This document shows positions 37,201 to 46,427 of a DNA stretch of 64,000 bases, one piece after another. The stretch lies in IMG/VR virus record IMGVR_UViG_3300013132_000043. One strand, 5' to 3'. Below the pieces are notes generated by a model. That model ran no database searches. It was not told where the DNA came from and saw only the letters and a program-made list of their open reading frames with translations. Positions within the stretch are counted from its first letter, which is position 1, and the number at the start of each line of letters is the position of its first letter. The stretch is from an uncultured virus (IMG/VR IMGVR_UViG_3300013132_000043) (taxonomy: Duplodnaviria; Heunggongvirae; Uroviricota; Caudoviricetes). The position numbers and the translations under genes are program-made.

Positions 37201-38961
37201 AATCCGGAACCACCAAAACCACAACCAACACCTACACCAGTTACAAGTATTGAACCGGGTAAAGATGTAATTATATCATCACCCACTAAAAAACCAGCTA
37301 TTGACCCATTAAAGAGAATCATAATGAAAACACTTTCCGAGTGTTATTACTTCAAGAAACTTGAGGAAGATTCTCCTATTGCATTTAAATCTTTAAAAGA
37401 AAAATTAAAATATTTCCATCCAGGTTTCCACTCAACAACACCCGAAGGATTGAACGCACGTTTAACTTTTATGTTACAATGTATAAGACCCGGAGATACT
37501 ATCCCAATTAAAGGAATATCAGATGATTCAGACCTAAATGCAAGAAACACCACATTTGGTCCACCACCTGTTTGTGTTTTGAGAATTGGGGATTTTTATC
37601 ATTCTAAAATTATTATCCGTGATGTGAATATATCCTATGATGATTCTCCATGGGATTTAAATCCTGAGGGTATTGGGGTACAACCTATGATTGCAACAAT
37701 ACAATGTCAAATCACATTTATTGGTGGACAAGGATTATCTAAACCTGTTGAAAGATTACAAAACGCCTTATCGTCTAACTTCTTTGCTAACACAGAAATG
37801 TATGATGAAAGGTCAATTTCAACTAATGAAACAATTGGTGGTGTTAAAGCTGAAAAATTCACAAAAGAATTCTTAGAGTCGCTATTGAAAGCATCATCCA
37901 CACCACCAAGTACACAATCTCAGAACACAAATAAAATTAAAGAAGGTGTTTATGTTGGGGCATTAAATAGTGGAAAATTAGACTATTCAAAATTAGTTGA
38001 TGAGGTATTCACAAATACTAAGGCATATTTTGATTCATATGAAAAAACGTACAACTCTTTAATACCGAAATATGGTAATGAGATTGGTAAACTATTATTC
38101 GAACCAACATATAGGTCAGTACATCAATACGATGTGTTTACAACTACGAGTACGTCACCCGGTAAAACAATTTCTATATTAGGTCAATATAAACCAACAA
38201 AAGAATTAGCAGTTTTAAAAAGAGGATTACTGAGTGGATTAATTACACAAATGGAATCAACAGATTTATCAACCATGTTAAATTTAGATAGTGAATTAAC
38301 CCCACCTAAGATTACAAAGTCAAACGAATTTATAACTCCAGTTATACGAAAACATATTGAAGATACTATCAATGCACTTGTTGAAAAAAATCCAATGGAA
38401 GATTTGGAAAAAACAAGAAATTCATTAGTAAAGTCATTAGACAATGTGAATTTTATAGTTAAATTAGGTAAGGATGTAAAAGTTTCGGGTGAAACGGCAA
38501 CAACCGCAACATTATCTGGTTTCACATATAATATGTTATACGAACAATACGAAAGTTGTATTGACTATATTCAAAAAAACAATTCTAAATTATATAGTGA
38601 TTTAACCACATCAATTAATTTCTTTGGTCCGACATTCTCAAGTACCGATTTTGAAAAGATAATGAAAGTTATTTTGGTAGATGCGGTGGATTTGATAGTT
38701 AAATCATATGAAAAGGATGAATCTATTTTTCCTAAAAATCTTAGAAAAAAGATAAGAGACAAAATAGAAAAATTTGTTGATAAACCAAAAGAGAAGAAGT
38801 TTAAGTTTAGTAAATCACCTGAAAGAAAAAATAAAAAACCACTATCCTTTGCGATTACTGAAGCTCCCGAAACTAACTCAACTATAATTGAGGAAGCAAA
38901 AAAAGTTCATTCAGATAATTTACCGATTGGAAGTAAATTAAACTACTATAAAGTTACATAA
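34213..38961 (+). CDS. Large baseplate / tail-tube initiator protein (gp48/gp54-like) with inserted OmpA-like domain
   Basis: W....FLGRPEPIYTY..T.R.G.LSFK and PPVCVLRIGD.Y....II..V.ISY...PW are tube-initiator-like halves that flank YNEKLALRRSSSI. Confidence 0.6.
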   Translation: MPTYLDFNTTASFRNFLISKTLQRPGGPQTFTSSNYAVQNLNAYSNVDPGDVKTGWAAAYGNSFGLNLFQADVFKEITSLSNLNLQVGNNGIIYSGYINSFTPVTNPNLVGIMTGQNFDTDSRLMRFATQNIRDNKQGPVRARIAQNLAAASLGRIRLLDALQGNLATAINLVTGREPLIEKNYKITVAKTLPGKAIDFLQTVAGVEFPFSEIPGDYLTNPRNPIENRPVPRTEGGAILQDVTGALGSLIGIRRRPKLSRKPSDLMIEYMGDGQKQKLYDNISFSKYAPNYTTSARSQQSSKLFNFVNNVAQGVKTVLGVEAPRGEAYIGDDRSEDVKYTMSDFNGNIVKSNYYLSLMYDPVAAELFERRKNITEGGTIGGKLTWISRNSRNELGLHNDEWAQEGTSLKDSLSTKYGFREDSILGKTQEILNSMPKDGLVSRTHVGNSIDQTSRIFREGETMLSRGSAIQYVDKFTNETTGVEYCRVWTKDRAYMNYSDTMKRTGNIRKFDDSVMSTPWNLNIAPMSNGDREFEGVSTNIFKKGDGFYAKKYMFSIENLAWKTSNMPGFTYNDLPYCERGPNGGRVMWFPPYDLKISENNSARWQDNTFLGRPEPIYTYQDTSRTGQLSFKVVVDHPSVLNLLVREHFRNMSDEEAENYINAFFAGCEELDFYSLIRRYSYLDGDDIKLIKAYLEKAKDPEVIKTFSTNTTPVEVTQQTNNNEGGGGKPEKLGSFDLKYDNDYPGPKTTQIKVDTPYSSLFTNFYNKKTTHSNRLETDLRSFTGITQTTQVKKEIGYVFGSGGATIDNTSVLAKRDELIAAFDKAKEQFESYTGKTEQLKTKLKESNKVQKILLKVESSCSSVASELYNEKLALRRSSSIIKDFFERISNGAKPELQWISDIKESLTKDGGEFDKVVIQKGQTIKIVKEYKLADFGYKDNPGKLVVMSINWGEKFTGPKPDDQCNGKEFETVKGLKINAPIAFGCRQSRVDVDYTENPEPPKPQPTPTPVTSIEPGKDVIISSPTKKPAIDPLKRIIMKTLSECYYFKKLEEDSPIAFKSLKEKLKYFHPGFHSTTPEGLNARLTFMLQCIRPGDTIPIKGISDDSDLNARNTTFGPPPVCVLRIGDFYHSKIIIRDVNISYDDSPWDLNPEGIGVQPMIATIQCQITFIGGQGLSKPVERLQNALSSNFFANTEMYDERSISTNETIGGVKAEKFTKEFLESLLKASSTPPSTQSQNTNKIKEGVYVGALNSGKLDYSKLVDEVFTNTKAYFDSYEKTYNSLIPKYGNEIGKLLFEPTYRSVHQYDVFTTTSTSPGKTISILGQYKPTKELAVLKRGLLSGLITQMESTDLSTMLNLDSELTPPKITKSNEFITPVIRKHIEDTINALVEKNPMEDLEKTRNSLVKSLDNVNFIVKLGKDVKVSGETATTATLSGFTYNMLYEQYESCIDYIQKNNSKLYSDLTTSINFFGPTFSSTDFEKIMKVILVDAVDLIVKSYEKDESIFPKNLRKKIRDKIEKFVDKPKEKKFKFSKSPERKNKKPLSFAITEAPETNSTIIEEAKKVHSDNLPIGSKLNYYKVT

Positions 38962-38962
38962 A

Positions 38963-39289
38963 ATGGCAAGAGAATATTTTGATAGATATCAGTTCTTTAT
39001 TGAGAGTGGTGAATTTGGGATAGTTCCCGGTATAGAAGTACCAATTAAGACTACCGACAAATACATTTATTTCAAAAGAGGAAAAGACAGGATGGATAAA
39101 CTATCTCAGGATTATTATGGTACACCAGTTTTCGGTTGGATAATACTAATGGCAAACCCTCTACTTGGTAGTGTTGAATTTGAAATACCAAATAATGCGT
39201 TATTAAGAATACCATTTCCATTGACAACCTCTTTACAAGATTATAAAAGAGGCGTAGAATTGTATAACTTATATTATGGGGAACAGTGA
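38963..39289 (+). CDS. Baseplate wedge LysM-like protein (gp53 / P2 gpX-like)
   Basis: DRMDKLSQDYYG.P..GWIILMANP....F.IP....LRIP. Confidence 0.8.
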   Translation: MAREYFDRYQFFIESGEFGIVPGIEVPIKTTDKYIYFKRGKDRMDKLSQDYYGTPVFGWIILMANPLLGSVEFEIPNNALLRIPFPLTTSLQDYKRGVELYNLYYGEQ

Positions 39290-42200
39290 ACTATCAAATA
39301 GTGAAAACATACTTGTAAAAGTTGACCAAAACAATCTCATATATGTTGACCCTAATAGTGTTGTAGATGTCGACGGAAACATACAACCAAGGGGATTAAA
39401 ACAAGAGAATTTGGTAATGTATGTTAATTTGGAAGCAGATTTGATTCCAAGAACAAGACTTGTTGCCCAAGACCAAGGAAGTACCTTAGTTAGTATTGCA
39501 AAAGGAAATTTAAACTTTTTAAAAAATCAAAGTGGAGATGGAAACTTTGATTCAACTTGGACAGAAGCATTTGTGGGAAATCCCGAATTAAATAAAGCTA
39601 ATGACTTTAAAATAAAAGATGATGCGTCATCTAAATTATTTAAAGACGACTATTTTATTAACGATAAATCAGGACAAAGTTTTGGTATTGATTCAATTAC
39701 GATAACAGTTAAGGGAGCGAATTTTGTACCTCAGGTTACAATTAACTTCATCGATGTTAGAGGTAAGACGTTGTTTGAATCCCCTGAGAACTCACCATAT
39801 AACGCATTTTTCCACATCCCGTGGCCAATATTTTATCTAACGGTAAAGGGGTATTATGGAAAGGCGATAAGATATAGGTTACATTTAATTAAGTTCAGTA
39901 CAAGATTTAGTGATACAACAGGAAACTTTGAAGTTTCAACAACTTTTGTTGGGTCAAATTATGTATACCTTAATGATATATCATTATCCGCGATTATCAA
40001 CTCACCATATATGTTCTTAACCGAAAAGGTTGAAAACAAAAAATTTAATGAGGAAACTGGTAGGTACCAAAAAACAATATCAAGAGGGTCAAGAGGATTT
40101 GCAATTTTAAACTCAATCTTTTCTCAATACAAACAGAAAGGTTTGGTGCCAAAGAATATGCCAACAAGAACAATTAAAGAATTAGGTTATTTGGCAGAAT
40201 CACTTGATAAAATTTTAGAGAAACAAATTTTTAATAATGTAGTCTCGATGGAGGTTTTATCAGGAGTAAGTGAAATTGAAAAAAGTATTGATGATTTTGA
40301 AAACAGTCTAAAAGCATGGGCTAATATAAATCTATCCAAAGAATACATAATCAAAACAAAAAAAGTTGCATTAAATAACACAGAGACAACAAGTGAGAAT
40401 TGGTATTATACATCTGAGTCAGATAAAACTAAATTAGATAAGATTACCGGTAAAGATAAAAATGGTACACTTGAAAAATTAATTGTTAACGGAACAGAAC
40501 TTATAAATAAAAATTTAAGTTTTGTTAATAGTAATATGAACAAAACAACCGCAGATTTCAAGAAGGTCACATTAAATAATGTAAAAACCATAAAAGAATA
40601 CTATGAAACTGATGGTAATAAAAAGGTTTTAATTGGTTTTGATAATTTAATAAATGATACACACGAAATAAGAAAAAGTTTTGAGGAACAAAGAAAGAAA
40701 CTTGAAGATGAGGTTGAAAGAAAAATGAATGAAATCATCAAAGACCCCTCTAAAGGTTTTGGATTTGAACCAACAATTAGAAACATATTCGCGGTACTTC
40801 TCGCAAATGCTGAAGTTTATATTAGATTAATGAAAGACGTTCATGATAGAGCGTTCGAAAATTCTAAAGCGAGAGCAAAACTCCTTTCAGGATTAACCGA
40901 TGAACAAAAGAGTAAAGAACCTGCAATATACCCTTGGCCTGAAGTTAAGAAACCAACATCTGCTGGAAAACAAAATGTTATAGCATACCCTGGCGACGCA
41001 GATTTAGTAAACAAACTAAAATCAAATAATAAAAATTTATGGCCTGAGGTTGACTTTGTTGAAGAATATTTTAAAATAGTTACAAATAGACTCGATACCA
41101 ACGTAAAAAATGAACCTACTGTTAGTGAAATAGATTACATTTTCGAAACAGACTTTGACGAAAACAAAATTGATGATATAAGTGGTATTGATGTAATGAA
41201 TGGTTCATCACCGTTTAGAGATAAAGTGTTTTCGTCTTTCATATATGAACTATATGAGAGAGTAAAATACATGACATTATTTGATTCATATACAAATGAT
41301 TTCTTGAGAATACTTGTCGAGGAAGAATTTGAAAATATATCAGAATCTATCAATGAAGATATTGACCTTGTTCAGTTAGTTAAGAAATTAAAGACAATTG
41401 ATGATTTAATTAGGGTTAGAACCGCGGTACCAATGGTCGATGAAAACAATAGACCAATATTAGATTCCGATGGTAAACCAAAAACGTCAAGAGAATATAG
41501 TGGTTACTTACCCGGTGTTTCTCCATACGATAGATTCCCTAATTTAAAAGACCACTTACCCACAGTTCCTTATCTAAAAGAAATTATTGAGTATCCTTTT
41601 GTTTTTGAAAAATACAAAAATGTATCAAAACCAACTAAATCATTTAAGAAGGATGAGTTAAATGCTGAATTGGTTAAGTATGTACCTGAACCATATAGAA
41701 AGAACATATACCCTTTTAACTCAAACCTTTATCTTGATTACCTTAACAAAACATCTTTTACTGATGATAATTTTAAATTTGAAGGAATATTAAGTATTAA
41801 TCCAAACCAAGGATTTGTTTGTTCACCAATCGATTCAAGTGCTTGGGTAAAGAGTAATTACAAGACTAATATGTTCCTTAATAAATTTAAGGTTGCAGAT
41901 AATTCAGTCAACATTGTTAATACACCATATTTCCATAAACAATTATTTTCAGATTTTAATAATAATGGAATTTATGGAAGATATGTCGGTTCGGCATATT
42001 TGTTATTAACCTCGTTACCATTTTTAGATTTAGAAGATAATATCACATTTAGTGGTAAAACAATATTGATGTCATCTCTTTTTAGAGAAATTTCTTCCAC
42101 ACATTTTATTCCCTATCATCTTATGTTAAAATGGGGAGCCATTTATCATAGATACAAAAAGAAAATAATAAATGGTACAGATATTTTAAGTGGATTTTTA

Positions 42201-45083
42201 AACACAAGCAATGTAACCCAACCCATCACCGGTTCTACATTCTTTGATGGGGGATTAACAGGTGCGGTATACACAGCATTTACAATTAGTTCGACAACAA
42301 TAACAAATGCAACAGACGTTGGTATTGCACCTTATTATCAAGGTGTTTATCATCAAATTGTTAACGGATATAATCACTATACCATTGTTTCAGGTAACAC
42401 ATCATATAGTGCTGAAACCACATCAAATAAAATTATACATAAAAAAGAAGTAAAAAATAATAAATACTGGTCTGTTTATGTTGATAATTCAAAGTATATT
42501 CCAAAGGATAAGTACTTCACTATTTTACCATCAAATGGTTTCAATAGTAGTGATTTAGTAACAAAAAATACTGAAGACATTTCATTTGCAAGACAATACA
42601 ATTTTAGAAGTATTTGGGTTGATGAAAAAATAACGTCAGAGTTTTCGGGTAGAACTTACGCATCAACATCACAATACCCAAGGAGTTACACTTCGGGTTC
42701 TACAACTGATAATGTTTATTCAATTGATACAAATTATAGAAAAGTAATTGATTTAATAGGAACATTTAGTCCTACAATACTTGAGGCATTTGAAGAAATG
42801 TTTTTAGACTTTGCAACTGAAAAAGGTAATGCCGAGTTACCATATCAAAAATTCTTGAATGTATATTACCCAAAGTTCCAAGACTTACTAAAAGATATGT
42901 CAACAGTACTGAAGGGTGATTCGGATGTTATTGGTTCCGACGACCTACTAAAGTCAATAAAAGAAAGACAAGAACAAAAGCTACAAATCGTCACATCAAA
43001 TATTTTGAATAGTGAAAACCTAATAAAGTTCACTTTAGCAAATCCAAAAGAAATTGACCCATATAGTTTTTATGGAATGGGAGCACCGGCTCAATCAACA
43101 TACAGGGAATTATCTTTTAATGTTGCGGATTTAACGGCAACAAATTTAGATTTTATTAAGTTATACATAGGTGAAGATATTGATGGATATTACGTAAACT
43201 TCTTTTCAATTAATGATATAAAGTTAAATGAAGAGAATATTATAAGATATAGACCCATGGCACAAATCTATGGGGGATATAGAAAAGCCGGTGGAGTTAA
43301 TACTACTACAGCATTTAAAGAATATTTAAAAAACTCAATATTTGAGGGTTCGACAAACAAAATATATGCCGGTGGTGCAAACAAAAGATTGGAATATTTT
43401 TTAGGAGAATTATTAAAAAAGATTAGTTCAGACAACGGAATTAACCTGAATAGAAATGACAATTATATAAACCTTTACAAAGGATACAACACAGACCAAA
43501 CCAAAATCGAAGTTTATAATACTTTCAAGTCGTTTAATGATAAATGGACCGCAGGTAATTCAATTGGTCAGAGATTATTGTTGGAAGAGTTTTTATTCTT
43601 AGATAAAGCAAATAGAGATATTGGAGATAAGTTCTATCTAAACATAGATAGAATTCTACCATTATTGGATATGAAAAATGCAAAGGTTCCTTTGTATGGT
43701 GCAATTTCCATGTTAATACAAGGAACGGGACTTGATATGAGAGCACTTCCCGCATATGTTAATTTCTATGGTACTAATTTTAAAAACAAAACTAAAATCC
43801 AACCATCTAAATCAGTTGCAAAAAACTTGTTTGGTACTTTCTTAGAGGTTAATTATCAAGAATCTTCACCAAAGATTATAATACAACTTGCGGGTAACAC
43901 ATCAAAAAGACCTGACATGTCAAACAGCAAACAATATAAATTTGCCGATGATAGTTTTTATATTGGTAGTGTAAACAATAACCCACTTGTTATCACATCA
44001 TTAGAAAGTTTTACAAACAATGATTTAAGTAGGTCAAATAAAGTTGTGGCATTTGAAGTGAGTTTTGGGGACCAAAACCAAGGAATCTTTAAAGGTTTAA
44101 CACTTGACCAAGCAACTTTAAAAAATACATCAGAATCTTTTGTTGTGTTGGAAAATTTGGCAAGGTCAGAATCGGGGGCGGGAGCATATAATGTTGACGT
44201 TGGTTTATTTGATTACTACAAACAAGCCTCTTATAAATGTGAGGTTACCTCTATGGGTAATGTTATGATTCAACCAACCATGTACTTTTATTTGAAAAAT
44301 GTTCCAATGTTTAAAGGAACATATTGGATTACAGATGTTACTCACACAATTAAGAATAATGTTATTAACACAACATTTAGTGGTGGTAGAATTCCTTATA
44401 CCGCATTACCCGACCCGAAGGATTCATTCATTGCGAGTTATAGGGTGTTATTTGATAAAATGACAAGTAAATCTAAATCGGTACTAAAACAAAAAGCCAC
44501 AATTACAGGTACAACTAAGACAGTTGTATTTGATGGTGTCACATATTTCACAAATATGGGTTCAAAATCAATAAAAGGAGAAGACTTTACAAAATCAACA
44601 CCAAAAGTGGGTATAACAGAGTTTGGTGTACCATATAACGGATATAATAACGAACCAGATATTCAAAAGGTTGATTATACATCAGGTAGTGGAACAGAAA
44701 CTTGGTTCAGAGCTATTGTGGTTAAAATGGGAGGGGAAAAATATCCTATTGACTCAGGAACAACTATGAACGTTGCAGAAGGAATCAAATGGTCTGATGT
44801 TAGTGGTTCAGATATGAAGTTTTACAATACCAAGTTTCAACTCGGTACTGCGAATGCACAAAAAATCAGAACCGCAAAAACAGAATTTAAAAACCCTCAG
44901 AATGGTAAAACATATACATTACAACCAAGTTATCAATTAGTACCGGGTTCAGGACCCTTATCAGTACAAGGACCAATATCGGTAGGACCAAAAGTAGAGG
45001 GATATGGTATGGGTATGTCACCAAAATTAATGTCTGAACTTGGAATACAAGAAGGTGAAGTAATATACTTCAAAATGTCTTAA
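39276..45083 (+). CDS. Very large baseplate hub protein (gp27/gpD-like termini)
   Basis: N-terminal FGIDSI.I......P.V.I.F.DVRG...F.L.VKGYYG and C-terminal C.V..MGN.MIQP..YF.L....F.G.Y.I..V.H.I......T.F.G.R. Located after the LysM gene. Confidence 0.65.
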   Translation: MGNSELSNSENILVKVDQNNLIYVDPNSVVDVDGNIQPRGLKQENLVMYVNLEADLIPRTRLVAQDQGSTLVSIAKGNLNFLKNQSGDGNFDSTWTEAFVGNPELNKANDFKIKDDASSKLFKDDYFINDKSGQSFGIDSITITVKGANFVPQVTINFIDVRGKTLFESPENSPYNAFFHIPWPIFYLTVKGYYGKAIRYRLHLIKFSTRFSDTTGNFEVSTTFVGSNYVYLNDISLSAIINSPYMFLTEKVENKKFNEETGRYQKTISRGSRGFAILNSIFSQYKQKGLVPKNMPTRTIKELGYLAESLDKILEKQIFNNVVSMEVLSGVSEIEKSIDDFENSLKAWANINLSKEYIIKTKKVALNNTETTSENWYYTSESDKTKLDKITGKDKNGTLEKLIVNGTELINKNLSFVNSNMNKTTADFKKVTLNNVKTIKEYYETDGNKKVLIGFDNLINDTHEIRKSFEEQRKKLEDEVERKMNEIIKDPSKGFGFEPTIRNIFAVLLANAEVYIRLMKDVHDRAFENSKARAKLLSGLTDEQKSKEPAIYPWPEVKKPTSAGKQNVIAYPGDADLVNKLKSNNKNLWPEVDFVEEYFKIVTNRLDTNVKNEPTVSEIDYIFETDFDENKIDDISGIDVMNGSSPFRDKVFSSFIYELYERVKYMTLFDSYTNDFLRILVEEEFENISESINEDIDLVQLVKKLKTIDDLIRVRTAVPMVDENNRPILDSDGKPKTSREYSGYLPGVSPYDRFPNLKDHLPTVPYLKEIIEYPFVFEKYKNVSKPTKSFKKDELNAELVKYVPEPYRKNIYPFNSNLYLDYLNKTSFTDDNFKFEGILSINPNQGFVCSPIDSSAWVKSNYKTNMFLNKFKVADNSVNIVNTPYFHKQLFSDFNNNGIYGRYVGSAYLLLTSLPFLDLEDNITFSGKTILMSSLFREISSTHFIPYHLMLKWGAIYHRYKKKIINGTDILSGFLNTSNVTQPITGSTFFDGGLTGAVYTAFTISSTTITNATDVGIAPYYQGVYHQIVNGYNHYTIVSGNTSYSAETTSNKIIHKKEVKNNKYWSVYVDNSKYIPKDKYFTILPSNGFNSSDLVTKNTEDISFARQYNFRSIWVDEKITSEFSGRTYASTSQYPRSYTSGSTTDNVYSIDTNYRKVIDLIGTFSPTILEAFEEMFLDFATEKGNAELPYQKFLNVYYPKFQDLLKDMSTVLKGDSDVIGSDDLLKSIKERQEQKLQIVTSNILNSENLIKFTLANPKEIDPYSFYGMGAPAQSTYRELSFNVADLTATNLDFIKLYIGEDIDGYYVNFFSINDIKLNEENIIRYRPMAQIYGGYRKAGGVNTTTAFKEYLKNSIFEGSTNKIYAGGANKRLEYFLGELLKKISSDNGINLNRNDNYINLYKGYNTDQTKIEVYNTFKSFNDKWTAGNSIGQRLLLEEFLFLDKANRDIGDKFYLNIDRILPLLDMKNAKVPLYGAISMLIQGTGLDMRALPAYVNFYGTNFKNKTKIQPSKSVAKNLFGTFLEVNYQESSPKIIIQLAGNTSKRPDMSNSKQYKFADDSFYIGSVNNNPLVITSLESFTNNDLSRSNKVVAFEVSFGDQNQGIFKGLTLDQATLKNTSESFVVLENLARSESGAGAYNVDVGLFDYYKQASYKCEVTSMGNVMIQPTMYFYLKNVPMFKGTYWITDVTHTIKNNVINTTFSGGRIPYTALPDPKDSFIASYRVLFDKMTSKSKSVLKQKATITGTTKTVVFDGVTYFTNMGSKSIKGEDFTKSTPKVGITEFGVPYNGYNNEPDIQKVDYTSGSGTETWFRAIVVKMGGEKYPIDSGTTMNVAEGIKWSDVSGSDMKFYNTKFQLGTANAQKIRTAKTEFKNPQNGKTYTLQPSYQLVPGSGPLSVQGPISVGPKVEGYGMGMSPKLMSELGIQEGEVIYFKMS

Positions 45084-45131
45084 CAATCGGTATATTTTAC
45101 CATTTCTTTGATATTTATAAAAGAAAATACT

Positions 45132-45335
45132 ATGAGTAACGAAAAATTAAATAATGCACTCAACAATTTTATTTCTCCAACCAAAACAAAAAGTGTTTCA
45201 CAGGATGGTATGGAAAGAGAAGAGTGTGATTTACAGACAGGTGAATGTTATGTCATCAGGTCTAAAGATGGAATAGTAGAAAGAATCAATAAAAAATTTA
45301 TTACCGAAGACGGTAGACAACTATTACAAGATTAA
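45132..45335 (+). CDS. Small hypothetical late protein
   Basis: ATG 45132 (MSNEKL) follows TATTTAT at 45112-18. Contains ECDLQTGEC. Confidence 0.7.
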   Translation: MSNEKLNNALNNFISPTKTKSVSQDGMEREECDLQTGECYVIRSKDGIVERINKKFITEDGRQLLQD

Positions 45336-45339
45336 AGCC

Positions 45340-45981
45340 ATGAGTAAATTAGAAAAAAAACTATTAGAAGAAGTTGCTAGATTTAAACAAATCAACAAAT
45401 ACGCAACTAAATTAATGAACGAACAGGAAATTCCACCACTTCCCGCGGACCCTGCAGCAGGAGCTCCACCTATGGATGCTGGTGCTGGCGCACCTCCTCC
45501 TCCACCCATGGCCGCAGATGCGGGGGTACCGCCACCAGCTGTTGAGGGAGATGATTCAACTGAAGAAATTGATATCACCGATTTAGTTAATATGACCAAA
45601 TCAATTAAAAAGGATTTGGACAATAGCAAGGGTGAGAACCAAGGAGTTGTTTCTAAGATGGACGATGTGTTCACTAAATTAAACGACTTGGAACAAAAAT
45701 TGGCAAACATGGATGCTGTAATGGCTAAGATTGACCAATTGGGAGCTAAGATTGAACAAGTAAAAGAACCAACCCCTCAAGAAAGACTTGAGATGCGTTC
45801 ATTAGATTCTTATCCTTTTAATCAAAATCCACAAGAGTTCTTTTCACAAAAACAGGGTGAAATGAGAGCAAGTGGTAAAAATGAGTATGTCTTAACCAAA
45901 GACGATGTTCAGAATTATTCACAAGAAACGATAAGAGATACGTTTAATATACAAGACGACCAAGATGAATTTAAGTTCTAA
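45340..45981 (+). CDS. Hypothetical acidic, Pro-rich coiled-coil protein (possible head core/scaffold-type)
   Basis: N-terminal LLEEVARFKQI, a P/A-rich disordered segment and a coiled coil. Confidence 0.55.
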   Translation: MSKLEKKLLEEVARFKQINKYATKLMNEQEIPPLPADPAAGAPPMDAGAGAPPPPPMAADAGVPPPAVEGDDSTEEIDITDLVNMTKSIKKDLDNSKGENQGVVSKMDDVFTKLNDLEQKLANMDAVMAKIDQLGAKIEQVKEPTPQERLEMRSLDSYPFNQNPQEFFSQKQGEMRASGKNEYVLTKDDVQNYSQETIRDTFNIQDDQDEFKF

Positions 45982-46339
45982 AGTAAATTTTTTATTAGGG
46001 CTGCATGTACAATTAAAAATTAACCACTGGCAAACAAAGGGTGTTGCAAGACACGAAGCATTTGGCAATACCTATAATGCTTTTACGGACCTAATTGACG
46101 AATTCGTTGAGATTGCAATGGGTAAGTATGGTAGATTTGTTTTAGATGATGAGACTAATAATATAAAACTTATAAACCTGTCGGAGATGAATCCAAAAGA
46201 CATGATTACTGTATGTGTCGAAGGTATCATCCAATTCACAGAGGACTTAGACCCAACCAAGGACACAGACCTTTTAAATCTAAAGGATGAGATGATTGGT
46301 TTGTTAAACAAACTTTTGTATCTTTTAACCTTAGAGTAA
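45965..46339 (+). CDS. Ferritin/Dps-like four-helix protein (DUF5856-like)
   Basis: HWQTKG.ARHEAF...Y......IDEFVE...G.YGR and DLLNLKDEM....NK..YLL. Confidence 0.7.
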   Translation: MNLSSKVNFLLGLHVQLKINHWQTKGVARHEAFGNTYNAFTDLIDEFVEIAMGKYGRFVLDDETNNIKLINLSEMNPKDMITVCVEGIIQFTEDLDPTKDTDLLNLKDEMIGLLNKLLYLLTLE

Positions 46340-46359
46340 AAGATTTTCCAAACTTTTTT

Positions 46360-46390
46360 AAAACCGGATTTTGTAATCCGGTTTTTTTTT
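46360..46390 (+). terminator. Intrinsic terminator ending the late operon before the SSB gene
   Basis: AAAACCGGATT-ttgt-AATCCGGTTTT plus a further T run. Confidence 0.85.
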
Positions 46391-46427
46391 ACTATATTTT
46401 ACATATAAACAATTTAAATTTTATTTT

